Shown in pieces: positions 48,372 to 57,042 of a DNA stretch of 64,000 nucleotides (positions are counted from its first letter, which is position 1; the number at the start of each line of letters is the position of its first letter). The DNA comes from a bacterium. GTDB taxonomy: Bacteria; Patescibacteriota; Minisyncoccia; Phycocordibacterales; UBA5272. Made by a program: the position numbers and the translations under genes. The notes below the pieces were generated by a model, which saw only the letters and a list, made by a program, of their open reading frames with translations, ran no database searches and was not told the origin of the DNA. The stretch spans positions 182 to 64,181 of the forward strand of contig JAHFNB010000004.1 of the NCBI GenBank assembly GCA_023267595.1. Reading direction: 5' to 3'.

Positions 48372-49451
48372 ATGGAACCAATAACTTCACAACCCCAAAC
48401 AAATATTACTGCAAAACCAATCATCGATCGTAGTGCAGGGCGTGTTGATGTAAATAAACGAAAGATAATCAATGGAGAAGGTGCAGATGTTGTACAATTG
48501 TGGCCGATAAAGCATAAGTTCGCATGGGACGCCTATAATGTTGGTAATGCAAATCACTGGCTTCCTACAGAAATCAGTATGCAATTAGATATCGAGCAAT
48601 GGCGATCACAAACATTCCTCACACCAGATGAACGTCATGCACTTAAGATGGTATTAGGATTCTTTACAACCGCAGACTCAATTGCGGCGAATAATCTCGT
48701 ACTCGCGTTTTACAAACACATTACTTCACCAGAGGCACGACTCTATTTGCTTCGTCAGGCATATGAAGAGGCAATACATACCCAAGCCTATCAGTATATT
48801 GTAGAATCGCTCGGACTAGATGGTACAGAAATATTTAATATGTATCGTGAAGTGGATGCGATTTATGATAAGGAGGAGTTTATCCTTTCTTTTAATCAGG
48901 GCATCTTTGATCCAAATTTTAAGACGGGAACATTTGTCAATGATCAAAAGTTTTTGGAAAACATGTGTGTGTTCTCGCTCATCATGGAAGGCATCTTTTT
49001 CTACTCATCATTCGCGGTTATATTTGGATTTCAACGACAAAATAAATTGGTTGGGTCTGCAGAACAGATTCAATATATTATGCGTGATGAAAGTACACAT
49101 ATGAATTTCGGTATTGATATGATAAATACAATTAAGCAAGAGCAACCAGAACTTTGGACTCCTACTTTTGTAGAAAGAGTTACTAATCTTGTACGAAAAG
49201 CAGTAGAACTAGAATACAAATTTGCAGTTGATGTATTTCCAAAAGGGATATTTGGATTAAATGCAGAAGGGTTCAAGCAGTATATAGAACATATCGCCGA
49301 TAGACGTCTTTCACGTGTAGGAATAGATCCAATATATGGTACTGCGAATCCATTTCCATGGATGAGTGAGGCGGTTGATTTAAATAAGGAAAAGAATTTC
49401 TTTGAGACGAGAGTTACAGAATATAAAACCGGTGGGACATTGGCTTGGTAA
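48372..49451 (+). CDS. nrdB: Ribonucleotide reductase beta subunit
   Basis: FFTTAD, EEAIHTQAY (radical Tyr retained), MEGIFFY, RDESTH, NFFETRVTEY. Confidence 0.97.
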   Translation: MEPITSQPQTNITAKPIIDRSAGRVDVNKRKIINGEGADVVQLWPIKHKFAWDAYNVGNANHWLPTEISMQLDIEQWRSQTFLTPDERHALKMVLGFFTTADSIAANNLVLAFYKHITSPEARLYLLRQAYEEAIHTQAYQYIVESLGLDGTEIFNMYREVDAIYDKEEFILSFNQGIFDPNFKTGTFVNDQKFLENMCVFSLIMEGIFFYSSFAVIFGFQRQNKLVGSAEQIQYIMRDESTHMNFGIDMINTIKQEQPELWTPTFVERVTNLVRKAVELEYKFAVDVFPKGIFGLNAEGFKQYIEHIADRRLSRVGIDPIYGTANPFPWMSEAVDLNKEKNFFETRVTEYKTGGTLAW

Positions 49452-49523
49452 CTAATCAAGATATTTGAATTAGAAAATAAAATACTGGGGTGGATTACTC
49501 CAGCCCCAGATTTCAGGAAGTCT

Positions 49524-49907
49524 TTACTTTTTGATTTTTTTTGGATGACGTTTCGGTTGAATTGATGCTTCAGGAAGTCGAGGAATGTGTTCATGAATAC
49601 GGAGGAGAATTCCTTCCATTCGTAGAACGGCATCACCGACGATACTTCTTTCATCATAGACGCCACTCACTACGGATTCGCGAAGTTTTGCGATATGTTT
49701 CTCTATTTCTCCAATGTCATGGGAAATGAGTATGAGTGCCTCACAAGTACAACTCTTTCCATTTTTGAGGAGGCGAATTTTGAATTCTTCGGGGATAGGT
49801 TTACCAGAAGGTGGCTGCACACTTCTACTATCTCCATAAACACGTTGTAATCTTGCTTCTCTATCAAAATGCCTTTTTATGCTTCGCACACTGCTCTCCT
49901 TATTCAA
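49524..49907 (-). CDS. Hypothetical protein (ORFan)
   Basis: 127-aa ORF downstream of the next gene; start uncertain. Confidence 0.55.
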   Translation of the reverse strand: MNKESSVRSIKRHFDREARLQRVYGDSRSVQPPSGKPIPEEFKIRLLKNGKSCTCEALILISHDIGEIEKHIAKLRESVVSGVYDERSIVGDAVLRMEGILLRIHEHIPRLPEASIQPKRHPKKIKK

Positions 49908-49916
49908 ATGTTTGAA

Positions 49917-50258
49917 TTATTGTAACGTGTGTTTGCCATAGTATGGAACAAAGTGGTCACTCTTTATTTTCTCCATGAGTGCTTCTTCTAATCTTCTTTG
50001 TTCCGCACCATCTAATTCGTCAAAGAATTTATTGATACCTTTATCATCGAGCATAGAGTTGAGTATCAGTTCTTGCAAACTGAATACTTCAGATATGACT
50101 AGTTTTTTCTTTTCGTATGCCTCAACTAGGAAAGATATCGCATTGATCTGTTCATCGAACCACTCACTTCTTGTATTGTCATAAAGAACGATACGTAACC
50201 TGTTGCCATCCTCACTTGTTTCGATATGAGCAACTGGCACATTTTTGTCTTTTTTCAC
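49917..50258 (-). CDS. Hypothetical protein (ORFan)
   Basis: TTGACA-17-TAAGAT promoter, AAGGA SD, GTG start. Confidence 0.6.
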   Translation of the reverse strand: MKKDKNVPVAHIETSEDGNRLRIVLYDNTRSEWFDEQINAISFLVEAYEKKKLVISEVFSLQELILNSMLDDKGINKFFDELDGAEQRRLEEALMEKIKSDHFVPYYGKHTLQ

Positions 50259-50375
50259 GGAGGGTATCCTTTAACGAGAACAATTTATTACATCTTATAA
50301 CTACCAAAAGTCTATGTCAATTTTACCAATAAAAAAGGGCAGGAAGTTCCTGCCCTTGTCGGGGTATGACCGACT

Positions 50376-50504
50376 TTACAAGTGCGGTCGATTTCTAGCT
50401 GCGAGATTGTGGCGGTGACTTGCTATCCGCCGCCTCTGACTGATTTGACCAAGCCTCTTGCGAGGCAGGGCACGGAAACAGGGGTTACGTCTTCTTTTCG
50501 ACAT
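50376..50504 (-). CDS. Arg-rich 42-aa small protein (absent from ORF track)
   Basis: GGAGG SD, TTTACA/TGGTAGTAT promoter, terminator at 50331-50357. Confidence 0.5.
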   Translation of the reverse strand: MSKRRRNPCFRALPRKRLGQISQRRRIASHRHNLAARNRPHL

Positions 50505-50603
50505 TTTACCTCCGTGGTTGTTCTAGATAAGATACTACCATAAAGAATATACTCTTGTAAATAATCGTGTACTCACTGATAGTTTTTAGGTATACTTATA
50601 CAT

Positions 50604-51545
50604 ATGTTACACGTCTCAAAATCACTTCCTGATATTGCAGTGATTCGCGGAGGAGCAAAAGAATTTGATATTTCTCTGTCTGAAGGAAAAGAAGTATTAC
50701 AATCACTTTCAAGAATCGGATACAAACCAATTGATGTTATTATTTCTCGTGATGGAGAATGGAATGCAAATGGTGTACCAACAGATGCACATACTATTTT
50801 TACAAAATCTCATACCACAATAGACACAACACGTACTCGTGATGAATCATATCACACACTTGCAAAGAAAATGGAAATACCATTGTTACTTTCACATGGA
50901 AATAATATGTCTCTTGATAGAGAAGATGTGTACCGATTATTACGTCAACAGGGAATACGTGTACCAGATACAGTGACTATACGTGCGCAACAACCACTCA
51001 AAGACAGTATGTTTCGTGATTTATGGACGACGTATCATACACCTCTTATGGTGCGACCACTTGTGCGACGTAATGATGCGCCGACAAAACTTATAAAAAT
51101 ATTTCCAGAATTAGAAAATGTCATTCGTACCTATCATGATAAAGGAATAGATATGCACATACTTACATATCGTAAAGCACCGACATCATCTATTGCAGTG
51201 CTACCAGATTTTCAAGGGGAACGTTTGTATACCCCACTTTGGGTAGAAACATTTGCGAGTATGAGTGATGTTCCAAATAGTACTTCGCCAATGCGTGTGC
51301 ATCATAGTGCGCCAGATTTTCGAAAAGAGCAGATAAAAGATTTTGTAACCAAGGTATATGATGCTCTCGATCTTTCAGGTCCTGTTTGTATAGATATTAT
51401 TCCGCATAATAATGAATATATTGTTGTGAATGTTGATACACATCCATCGTTACGCAAAGATAGTCGCTTCTCACAATCTCTTGCCTCAACAGGTGCAACT
51501 ATTGGTCAGTACATTCATTCACGTATTTTGAAAGAGAATATATAA
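50604..51545 (+). CDS. D-Ala-D-Ala ligase-like ATP-grasp protein, degenerate
   Basis: N-terminal IAVIRGG..E..ISL..G and Ddl-like layout; catalytic motifs altered. Confidence 0.65.
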   Translation: MLHVSKSLPDIAVIRGGAKEFDISLSEGKEVLQSLSRIGYKPIDVIISRDGEWNANGVPTDAHTIFTKSHTTIDTTRTRDESYHTLAKKMEIPLLLSHGNNMSLDREDVYRLLRQQGIRVPDTVTIRAQQPLKDSMFRDLWTTYHTPLMVRPLVRRNDAPTKLIKIFPELENVIRTYHDKGIDMHILTYRKAPTSSIAVLPDFQGERLYTPLWVETFASMSDVPNSTSPMRVHHSAPDFRKEQIKDFVTKVYDALDLSGPVCIDIIPHNNEYIVVNVDTHPSLRKDSRFSQSLASTGATIGQYIHSRILKENI

Positions 51546-51552
51546 TATAGTA

Positions 51553-51674
51553 TTTAATTAATTTATTGCATTAGATGCAAGGCGTGGAGTGTTTGTGAGG
51601 AGATGTAGATAGAACTACGTTGACGAACAAACGAGGCTCCACAACACAGCAGATGATGTAATAAATTAATTAAA
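51553..51674. repeat. 122-bp palindromic REP/MITE-like element
   Basis: 20-bp terminal inverted arms with nested stems gtggag/ctccac, gtttgt/acaaac, atgtag/ctacgt. Confidence 0.7.
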
Positions 51675-52014
51675 GAAAAAGAAAATACGCGCCTCTGGTA
51701 AGTGTCGCGTATTTTCTTTTGTTACTTTTTATTCAAAAGTGACGTCTTTGTTTGATGCGTTACGGTTGCTTCTGGCTTCCGTTTTTTGTTAGCAGATCCT
51801 TACGAATCTACTTCCAGTTGTTTTGAAGCCGCATCTGCTTTTTTATCGGCATTGATGTAAGCAGTTTATAATCTACTCACATCTTTATAGACTTCAAGAA
51901 CCCATGTTCTTTTTTCTAGTACTAAAAGCTGATAATAATGAAACAACTGTCTACCACTAGTGTACCAACCCTGCGTGATATACTCAAGTCATACAAGGGT
52001 AGTTATTCACATAT

Positions 52015-52419
52015 ATGTCATACATAGGAAATATACAACAGTTGGTAATGAGGAACGATAATTTTCGAGAAGTCATCTTTACAGGTAAGAAATCTCAACT
52101 TGTAGTTATGTCTATTCCAGTATCAGGTGAGGTTGGGGAAGAGGTTCACACAGGCGTAGAACAAACATTATATATAGTCTCAGGTATTTGTGATGTTGTA
52201 TTAGATGGTGTAACAACACAAGTAAGTGGAGGAGATGTTGTTGTTGTGACACCACATACACGACATAATTTTATTAACAAAGGAACAGAAGTTGTAAAAA
52301 TTATTACAACCTATTCTCCGCCGAATCATGTTGATGGAAAAATTCATGTCACGATAGATGATGCACGTAATGATAGAGAAGATGAAGCATTTTCAGATGA
52401 GGCAAATAAAAATAGTTAG
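52015..52419 (+). CDS. Cupin-domain protein
   Basis: SQLVVMSI..GEVGEEVH..EQ, P..RHNFIN.G, YSPPNH. Confidence 0.9.
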   Translation: MSYIGNIQQLVMRNDNFREVIFTGKKSQLVVMSIPVSGEVGEEVHTGVEQTLYIVSGICDVVLDGVTTQVSGGDVVVVTPHTRHNFINKGTEVVKIITTYSPPNHVDGKIHVTIDDARNDREDEAFSDEANKNS

Positions 52420-53200
52420 TAATCGCGATATTCTTTTTATAAAAAAAGTTATTTCGTACCATACAATCTATGGGAGACATACTTTACCATGGAGGAAAAA
52501 TATTTCTCCGTATAAAATTCTTGTTAGTGAGATAATGCTTCAACAAACACAAGTCTCTCGAGTACTTCCCAAGTTTTTGCTATGGATGAAGAAATATCCA
52601 AGTTTACAATCTTTACGTAGGGCATCTCTTAAGGATATCTTAGTTTTATGGCAGGGTTTGGGTTATCAGAGAAGAGCAAAAGCACTTTACACAATAGCAC
52701 AATCTCATGTGCGTATTCCGCACACATTTGAAGCATTATGTGAACTCCCGGGAATAGGGAAGTATACGGCCTCTGCAGTATGTGCTTTTGCGTATAATAC
52801 ATTTACGTACCCAATGCTTGAGACAAATATTCGTACGGCACTCATAGAAGAGTTTCATATGGAAAAAGAAAAAATCCATGATGGAATACTTTACGATACT
52901 CTTGATCGTCTTACAAAAAATAAACATGTACAAAAAATTGGTGCGCGTGCATGGTATTTTGCACTTATGGATTACGGTGCACATTTAAAAGAACAGCATA
53001 TTTCTCATAATGCAAAAAGTACACATTATGTAAAGCAATCCCCATATAAAGGTTCAATACGTGAACTTCGTGCAAAAATTCTTTTTGCTATCACACATAC
53101 ACAAGAAGTTCCAAAAGATATACGTACACAAAAAGTTCTAGAACAATTAATAAAGGAGGGATATGTTATCCAAAAAAGAAATTCTTATATTATTTCGTGA
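52397..53200 (+). CDS. mutY: A/G-specific adenine glycosylase, short form without Fe-S motif
   Basis: LPWR, SEIMLQQTQV, WQGLGY.RRA, LPGIGKYTA, ALMDYGA; start uncertain. Confidence 0.85.
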   Translation: MRQIKIVSNRDILFIKKVISYHTIYGRHTLPWRKNISPYKILVSEIMLQQTQVSRVLPKFLLWMKKYPSLQSLRRASLKDILVLWQGLGYQRRAKALYTIAQSHVRIPHTFEALCELPGIGKYTASAVCAFAYNTFTYPMLETNIRTALIEEFHMEKEKIHDGILYDTLDRLTKNKHVQKIGARAWYFALMDYGAHLKEQHISHNAKSTHYVKQSPYKGSIRELRAKILFAITHTQEVPKDIRTQKVLEQLIKEGYVIQKRNSYIIS

Positions 53201-53882
53201 TATTACAATCACGAAGAAGTGTCACTATTTGTCGTGGTACAAGGATATGTACGGCTCCTGATTTTAAACCATGAAGTGTAAATGACATAATACGTACACG
53301 TTTTAATGACATAACTGTTAAATTAAGTGCATTTAACATTCTACGTATTTCATGTTTTTTACCTTCCGTTAAAACAATCCTTAGAGAATGACCTTCATTA
53401 TATATAGATACAGATTTTACAGGAGCAAATGTACCTTCTTGAGTATAGATGCCTTTTTTAAGTAACGTGATAACCCGAGGAGTTGCTTTTTCTCGTACGG
53501 TAATTTCATATTCTTTTTCTCGACCATGTTTTGGGTTAAGTAAGGCATCAGATACACGATAATCATTTGTGTAGAGGAGTAAACCTTCACTTTCTTTGTC
53601 TAGTCTTCCCATAGGTTCACAATCTTCTAATTCAGGAATTCTCCCTGTTACTTCACCACGAGGTTTATGATACAAAGCATAGATATATTCTTTGTGAGGT
53701 GATGATATAGTTACTGTATCACCTTTAACGACTTTACTTCCAAGTGTTGCGAGATGTCCATTAATAGTAATATATTTTTTGGTGATATAGTCATCAATCA
53801 CGCGACGTGAACCAACTCCTTCATCACGAAGAAAAACATTAATACGAACAGACTCTTTACTTGTAACGTGTAGTTCTCTCAT
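53190..53882 (-). CDS. RsuA/RluB/RluF-family pseudouridine synthase
   Basis: S4 domain, GRLDKESEGLLLYTND, LTEGKKHEIRRM. Confidence 0.92.
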   Translation of the reverse strand: MRELHVTSKESVRINVFLRDEGVGSRRVIDDYITKKYITINGHLATLGSKVVKGDTVTISSPHKEYIYALYHKPRGEVTGRIPELEDCEPMGRLDKESEGLLLYTNDYRVSDALLNPKHGREKEYEITVREKATPRVITLLKKGIYTQEGTFAPVKSVSIYNEGHSLRIVLTEGKKHEIRRMLNALNLTVMSLKRVRIMSFTLHGLKSGAVHILVPRQIVTLLRDCNITK

Positions 53883-53889
53883 AATTTAA

Positions 53890-55059
53890 TTAGCGTGTAT
53901 CTCTCATCGGCAATATATAGTACACACTTACAAGAAGTGCACATCCTAAGATTACAAAAATAAGTTGTGGTCTTTCAACAACAAGTGGTGCTATAGCAAA
54001 TCCAACAGTTCCTACAATAACAGTTCCCATGACTTGTGTTCCAGTAAACAGTGCAGTGAGTGATGCATCTTCTGGACCAATTTTTTTAAAGTAATAAGTA
54101 AATGCCATTGTTTCTACACAGGCTGCTCCAATACGAGAAGCAATAAAGATAAATACCCATGTAAGCGGATTTGAACTTGTCACAATGACACATAAAAATA
54201 CAGTGATTGCAAGAATAAGTAGTCCTCCTATCATAAGTTCTTTTTCTCCAAAGCGACTATCTGCTAGATAACCAAGTTCATAAGGAAGTACAACAAGGGG
54301 GATAAGTGCAAGAGGTAATATGTAGGTAAGATATGTTGTAAGAGAAATACCTATAGTTCCTAAATACAATGGAGAATAGATGATCATAACACCATAGAAA
54401 CAATTTACGAGAAGTGATGCAATCAGTGCTGCGCGAAGATTTTTATTTTTCCACGCAAGAGATAATGATTGGAGCATATCTGTACTGTGATATGCAGGAT
54501 CTTTAATATGAGAAAGATATTTATGAAGAAAGAATAGAAAAGGTACAAGCATTACTGCGGAAGTTATGTAGAGTATTTCAAAGGAAGCATGAGAGATGAT
54601 AGTTCCTCCAATAAGTGGTGATATGAGAATAGCAACATTTAAAAGTGCAAGGAATAATCCACGAATACTCCCTGTATCTGCATATTTACTAAAACTCTCA
54701 ATAAGAACATTTAAACATACATAAAGTAGTGCTTGGAGAATGAAATGTGCAATAAACATTAATCCTAAGATATAGACGTTATGAGTGAGGGCAAAAATTA
54801 CGGTGACAATAATTTCTGCAATAGTTAGTCCAAAGGTGAATGAATAGGTATGGAACTTTCTAATATGTTTTGAGACAGAAAGTGCAGCAATCAATGCTCC
54901 TGTACTCCCAAGGAGATAAAGAACACTTACAAATGATGTGTCAAAAAATTCATGGAGATACGTTGATGATGCGTACAGTGGAATACCATAGTGAAGTGCA
55001 TACAATATGGTAAGCATATAAGTAACAACGAGAAGTTTGTTACGAGTGATGGTATGCAT
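53890..55059 (-). CDS. MFS transporter
   Basis: About 12 TM segments, GYLADSRFGEK motif A. Confidence 0.85.
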   Translation of the reverse strand: MHTITRNKLLVVTYMLTILYALHYGIPLYASSTYLHEFFDTSFVSVLYLLGSTGALIAALSVSKHIRKFHTYSFTFGLTIAEIIVTVIFALTHNVYILGLMFIAHFILQALLYVCLNVLIESFSKYADTGSIRGLFLALLNVAILISPLIGGTIISHASFEILYITSAVMLVPFLFFLHKYLSHIKDPAYHSTDMLQSLSLAWKNKNLRAALIASLLVNCFYGVMIIYSPLYLGTIGISLTTYLTYILPLALIPLVVLPYELGYLADSRFGEKELMIGGLLILAITVFLCVIVTSSNPLTWVFIFIASRIGAACVETMAFTYYFKKIGPEDASLTALFTGTQVMGTVIVGTVGFAIAPLVVERPQLIFVILGCALLVSVYYILPMRDTR

Positions 55060-55148
55060 GGGTATAAGTATACAGTGAGCAGTGAGCAGTAGCCAGTGGA
55101 ACAAAATCGAAACCAAAGGTTTCGATTTTGTTTACAGTACTACGTATT

Positions 55149-57029
55149 CTACACACTAATAATTACGGGAATGATTACAGGACGCTTTGCTGTCTTTTGA
55201 AGCAAGAATTTTGTCGTCGCTTCGGCAACATCTTGTTTCATTTGATCAAGATTCATGTATCCACCACGAGCAAGTGCGTCATCGATTACCTTCTTTGTAA
55301 GAAGTCGTGTTTGATAGAGGAGGTCTTGGGATTCTTTAAGGTATACAAATCCTCGAGAAATGAGATCAGGGGATTTTTTAAGCGTGTGAGTATGACTATC
55401 AATCACTCCAATAACGACGAACATTCCGTCTTCGGCAAGTGTTTGACGGTCACGCATAACAACATCTTGGATCTTTCCAACAGATGTACCGTCCACAACA
55501 ATCATTTCTCCAGGAGCAGTCTCTTTTAATTTAATAATTTTATTTCCTTCTTCTTGGATTTCAATAATCATTCCGTTATCTGGAATAAGAATATTTTCTT
55601 CCATCATGCCTAGTTTTCTTTCAATATCTGCATGTACACGTAACATATAGTGATATCCGTGAACAGGGATGAAAAATTTCGGATGAATCTTTCGGTGAAT
55701 CCACATGAGTTCATCTGCATTCGCATGTCCTGAAGAATGAACATCAGATGTTTTGTAGTGAATAAGATGTGCACCCTGTCGTGATAGTTTATCTTTTAAA
55801 TTTTGTACTGCTCGTTCATTGCCTGGAACTACAGAAGATGACATAAGTATTGTGTCACGTGGAGTAAGACGTACGAATTTGTGTACTTTATTTGCAATAC
55901 GACCGAGGGCTGCAAACTCTTCGCCTTGTTGTCCTGTTGCAAGAACAATTATTTTATTCTCTGGAAAACGAACCATGTCTTCGGTTGGTATAAGTGTTTC
56001 TGGTTTTACCTTGAGCATGTTTGCAAGTTTTGCAATCTCTACGTTTGTTTTCATGCTACGACCTTCAATTACCACTTTCTTTCCATACTTTTCTGCAGTC
56101 TCAAGCATAAAGAGCATACGTTCTACTTGTGAAGCAAATGTACTAATGATGAGACGTCCTGGAGCATCTTTAATAATATTTTCTATATTTTTGTATACAA
56201 CAGTATCTGAAATAGAAAATCCTGGATTCTCACAGTTTGTAGAATCTGCCATAAGGAGAAGTACTTTACGATCTTCAAATACTTTATAACGATCAACTTC
56301 ATCATCTGTTGGGATACCATCATTATGTTCAAGACGAAGGTCTCCTGTGTGAACAATATCTCCGTATGGTGTTTCTATAATTACACCCATAGAGTCTGGA
56401 ATGGCATGTGTTACACCAAAGAATCGTACTTTTAAATCACCAAAAGTAATTGCATCACCTTTTTCCACTACATTAATCGTAAGAGGGGATAAGTGAGGGA
56501 ACTCTTCTTGACGCTTTTTAATCATAAGTGATGTAAAAAGACGCGCATAGATTTGCGGGTTACCAATTCTTGGCATGATGTAAGGAATAGAACCAATGTG
56601 ATCGAGATGACCATGTGTTACTACAACACCTTTTATTTTATGTTTATGTTCTTCTAGATATCGTGTGTTTGGTAAAATAAAATCAATACCCGGTGTATGT
56701 GTTTCAGTAAATTGAACACCACAATCAATAATGACAATTGAATCTTTATATTCCACCATACTCATATTTCTTCCGATTTCTTCTACACCTCCTAGATGAA
56801 GAACGCGAATATCTCCATCTTTAAGAGGGGGAATATGGTCAGTTTCTCGTTTTGTTGAAACTGTTGTATCAAACTTTGGTCCTACCATAGAACGTGAAGG
56901 TCTATTATTTCGCATGCGATTACTACTGCGACTCGGCGCACGACGAAATGGCGCAGGAGGTGCTGGAGGAGGAGTTGCTCCTGTGACTTCTTCTTTTACT
57001 AATGGTGTTTTTGATGTGTCTGTGTTCAT
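55149..57029 (-). CDS. rnj: Ribonuclease J
   Basis: LGGVEEIGRN, THGHLDHIG, HTGD, HSSGHA, PVHG. Confidence 0.96.
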   Translation of the reverse strand: MNTDTSKTPLVKEEVTGATPPPAPPAPFRRAPSRSSNRMRNNRPSRSMVGPKFDTTVSTKRETDHIPPLKDGDIRVLHLGGVEEIGRNMSMVEYKDSIVIIDCGVQFTETHTPGIDFILPNTRYLEEHKHKIKGVVVTHGHLDHIGSIPYIMPRIGNPQIYARLFTSLMIKKRQEEFPHLSPLTINVVEKGDAITFGDLKVRFFGVTHAIPDSMGVIIETPYGDIVHTGDLRLEHNDGIPTDDEVDRYKVFEDRKVLLLMADSTNCENPGFSISDTVVYKNIENIIKDAPGRLIISTFASQVERMLFMLETAEKYGKKVVIEGRSMKTNVEIAKLANMLKVKPETLIPTEDMVRFPENKIIVLATGQQGEEFAALGRIANKVHKFVRLTPRDTILMSSSVVPGNERAVQNLKDKLSRQGAHLIHYKTSDVHSSGHANADELMWIHRKIHPKFFIPVHGYHYMLRVHADIERKLGMMEENILIPDNGMIIEIQEEGNKIIKLKETAPGEMIVVDGTSVGKIQDVVMRDRQTLAEDGMFVVIGVIDSHTHTLKKSPDLISRGFVYLKESQDLLYQTRLLTKKVIDDALARGGYMNLDQMKQDVAEATTKFLLQKTAKRPVIIPVIISV

Positions 57030-57042
57030 AATTGTAATGTTA

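Noticed and set aside
48372-49451. Class Ic (Mn/Fe) ribonucleotide reductase
   Set aside because: The radical Tyr and first-ligand Asp are retained, indicating class Ia.
51722-51900. tmRNA
   Set aside because: No tRNA-like ends, T-arm or typical tag terminus.
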